A DNA stretch of 64,000 bases from Oikopleura dioica (taxonomy: Eukaryota; Animalia; Chordata): NCBI GenBank assembly GCA_907165135.1, contig OU015569.1, positions 3,782,001 through 3,846,000 on the forward strand. The letters are read 5' to 3'. The notes under the pieces are model-generated. The model was not told the DNA's origin, made no database searches, and saw nothing but the letters and a program-made list of their open reading frames with translations. Made by a program: the position numbers and the translations under genes. Positions 63,246 through 64,000 of the stretch are shown piece after piece. Within the stretch, counting starts at the first letter, position 1; the number at the start of each line of letters is the position of its first letter.

Positions 63246-64000
63246 ATGCCCCGTAAGAAATCAACCACAACTGCAACTCGCCGTAAGAAATCAACCACAA
63301 CTGCAATTCGCTGTGATGAAATTACGATGATTCCAGCGGATCTCAACAAAATCACCAAGAAACGTGAAGAGGTCAAAGAAAATAGAATACGACAATCCAT
63401 TCTAGCTAAACTACAATGTGATCTTTTTGACAGTAAAAAAGAGGTAAGCAATACAAATTTGAATTTTCTTCTAAATGTTTTCTAGGTCGGAGTCTTGAGG
63501 GAAGAAAACAGAAAGCTTCAAGCGGAAATGGAAGCGAAGGATCGAGAACGGGAGAAATCTACCAACGAATTGAAGGAGGCTGAGCACCTCGGTGAGGAGA
63601 ATCGACATCTTCGGATGGAGATTGAACAAAACAAGGGAGTTCTCTCCTCGGCCCAATCAGAGATTCAAAAACTGAAAGAATCCATCATCGACCTGCAGGA
63701 AGAAAATAAATTGAATAAAGACCAGATCAGAAACGAGCAAAAGAAGTCGTCGAAACTTCAGAGGGAAGTATTCCAATGGAAGGAGCGCTTCAATATTGCT
63801 GTCGACTCGAACCGACTTGGTAGTGATTTGGTTAGTACTTAATTTCCGAAAGCGCTCGAATTCTATTAAAATTTTTAGATTACAGGACAAAAAAATCGAA
63901 TCTACCAATTGAAAAAAGAAGCTGAGAAGAACAAACGTCAGATGTATATATTGAGAAATTATGTTACTGAACTGAAACGTAAAAATGATATTTTTCACAC
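63246..64000 (+). CDS. Coiled-coil protein, 5' part, runs off the window
   Basis: ATG at 63246, GT-AG introns after KKE (~63443-63485) and a continuous heptad-rich exon from 63486. Confidence 0.6.
63251..63310 (+). repeat. In-frame 30-bp tandem duplication (RKKSTTTATR/RKKSTTTAIR)
   Basis: CCGTAAGAAATCAACCACAACTGCAA(C/T)TCG occurs twice, with one mismatch. Confidence 0.95.

Overview
This is eukaryotic, gene-dense DNA with very short (mostly ~40-60 nt) GT-AG introns, short intergenic gaps and many MITE-like elements. The genes are animal/chordate-type, so the source is most likely a larvacean tunicate such as Oikopleura (inferred from architecture, not a database match). Recognisable genes: a heparan/uronyl 2-O-sulfotransferase 3' end, a class B GPCR, SPATA4, a CRTAP/P3H4-like gene, acylphosphatase, HSPBAP1, GPS2, a GLUT6/8-type transporter, IQGAP, RPB3, a CAS/p130Cas scaffold, PPP1R11, MRPL4, EMC7, a coiled-coil RING protein and a delta-protocadherin. 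The ~24-53 kb genes form one minus-strand, operon-like array. Four observations stand out. (1) Two intact CenH3/CENP-A-like paralogues lie in inverted orientation ~45 kb apart; one carries about 3 kb of transposon insertions and the other is clean, so each insertion site can be read against an empty site. (2) A third copy of the CenH3 promoter sits in front of an unrelated orphan gene built from a twice-repeated ~75-90 aa unit. (3) Two related Kolobok-like foldback elements are stacked at one TTAA in a CenH3 intron. (4) A hAT-like element with a perfect 8-bp TSD sits inside a coding exon of the sugar transporter. Exon boundaries were read by eye and are approximate unless stated.
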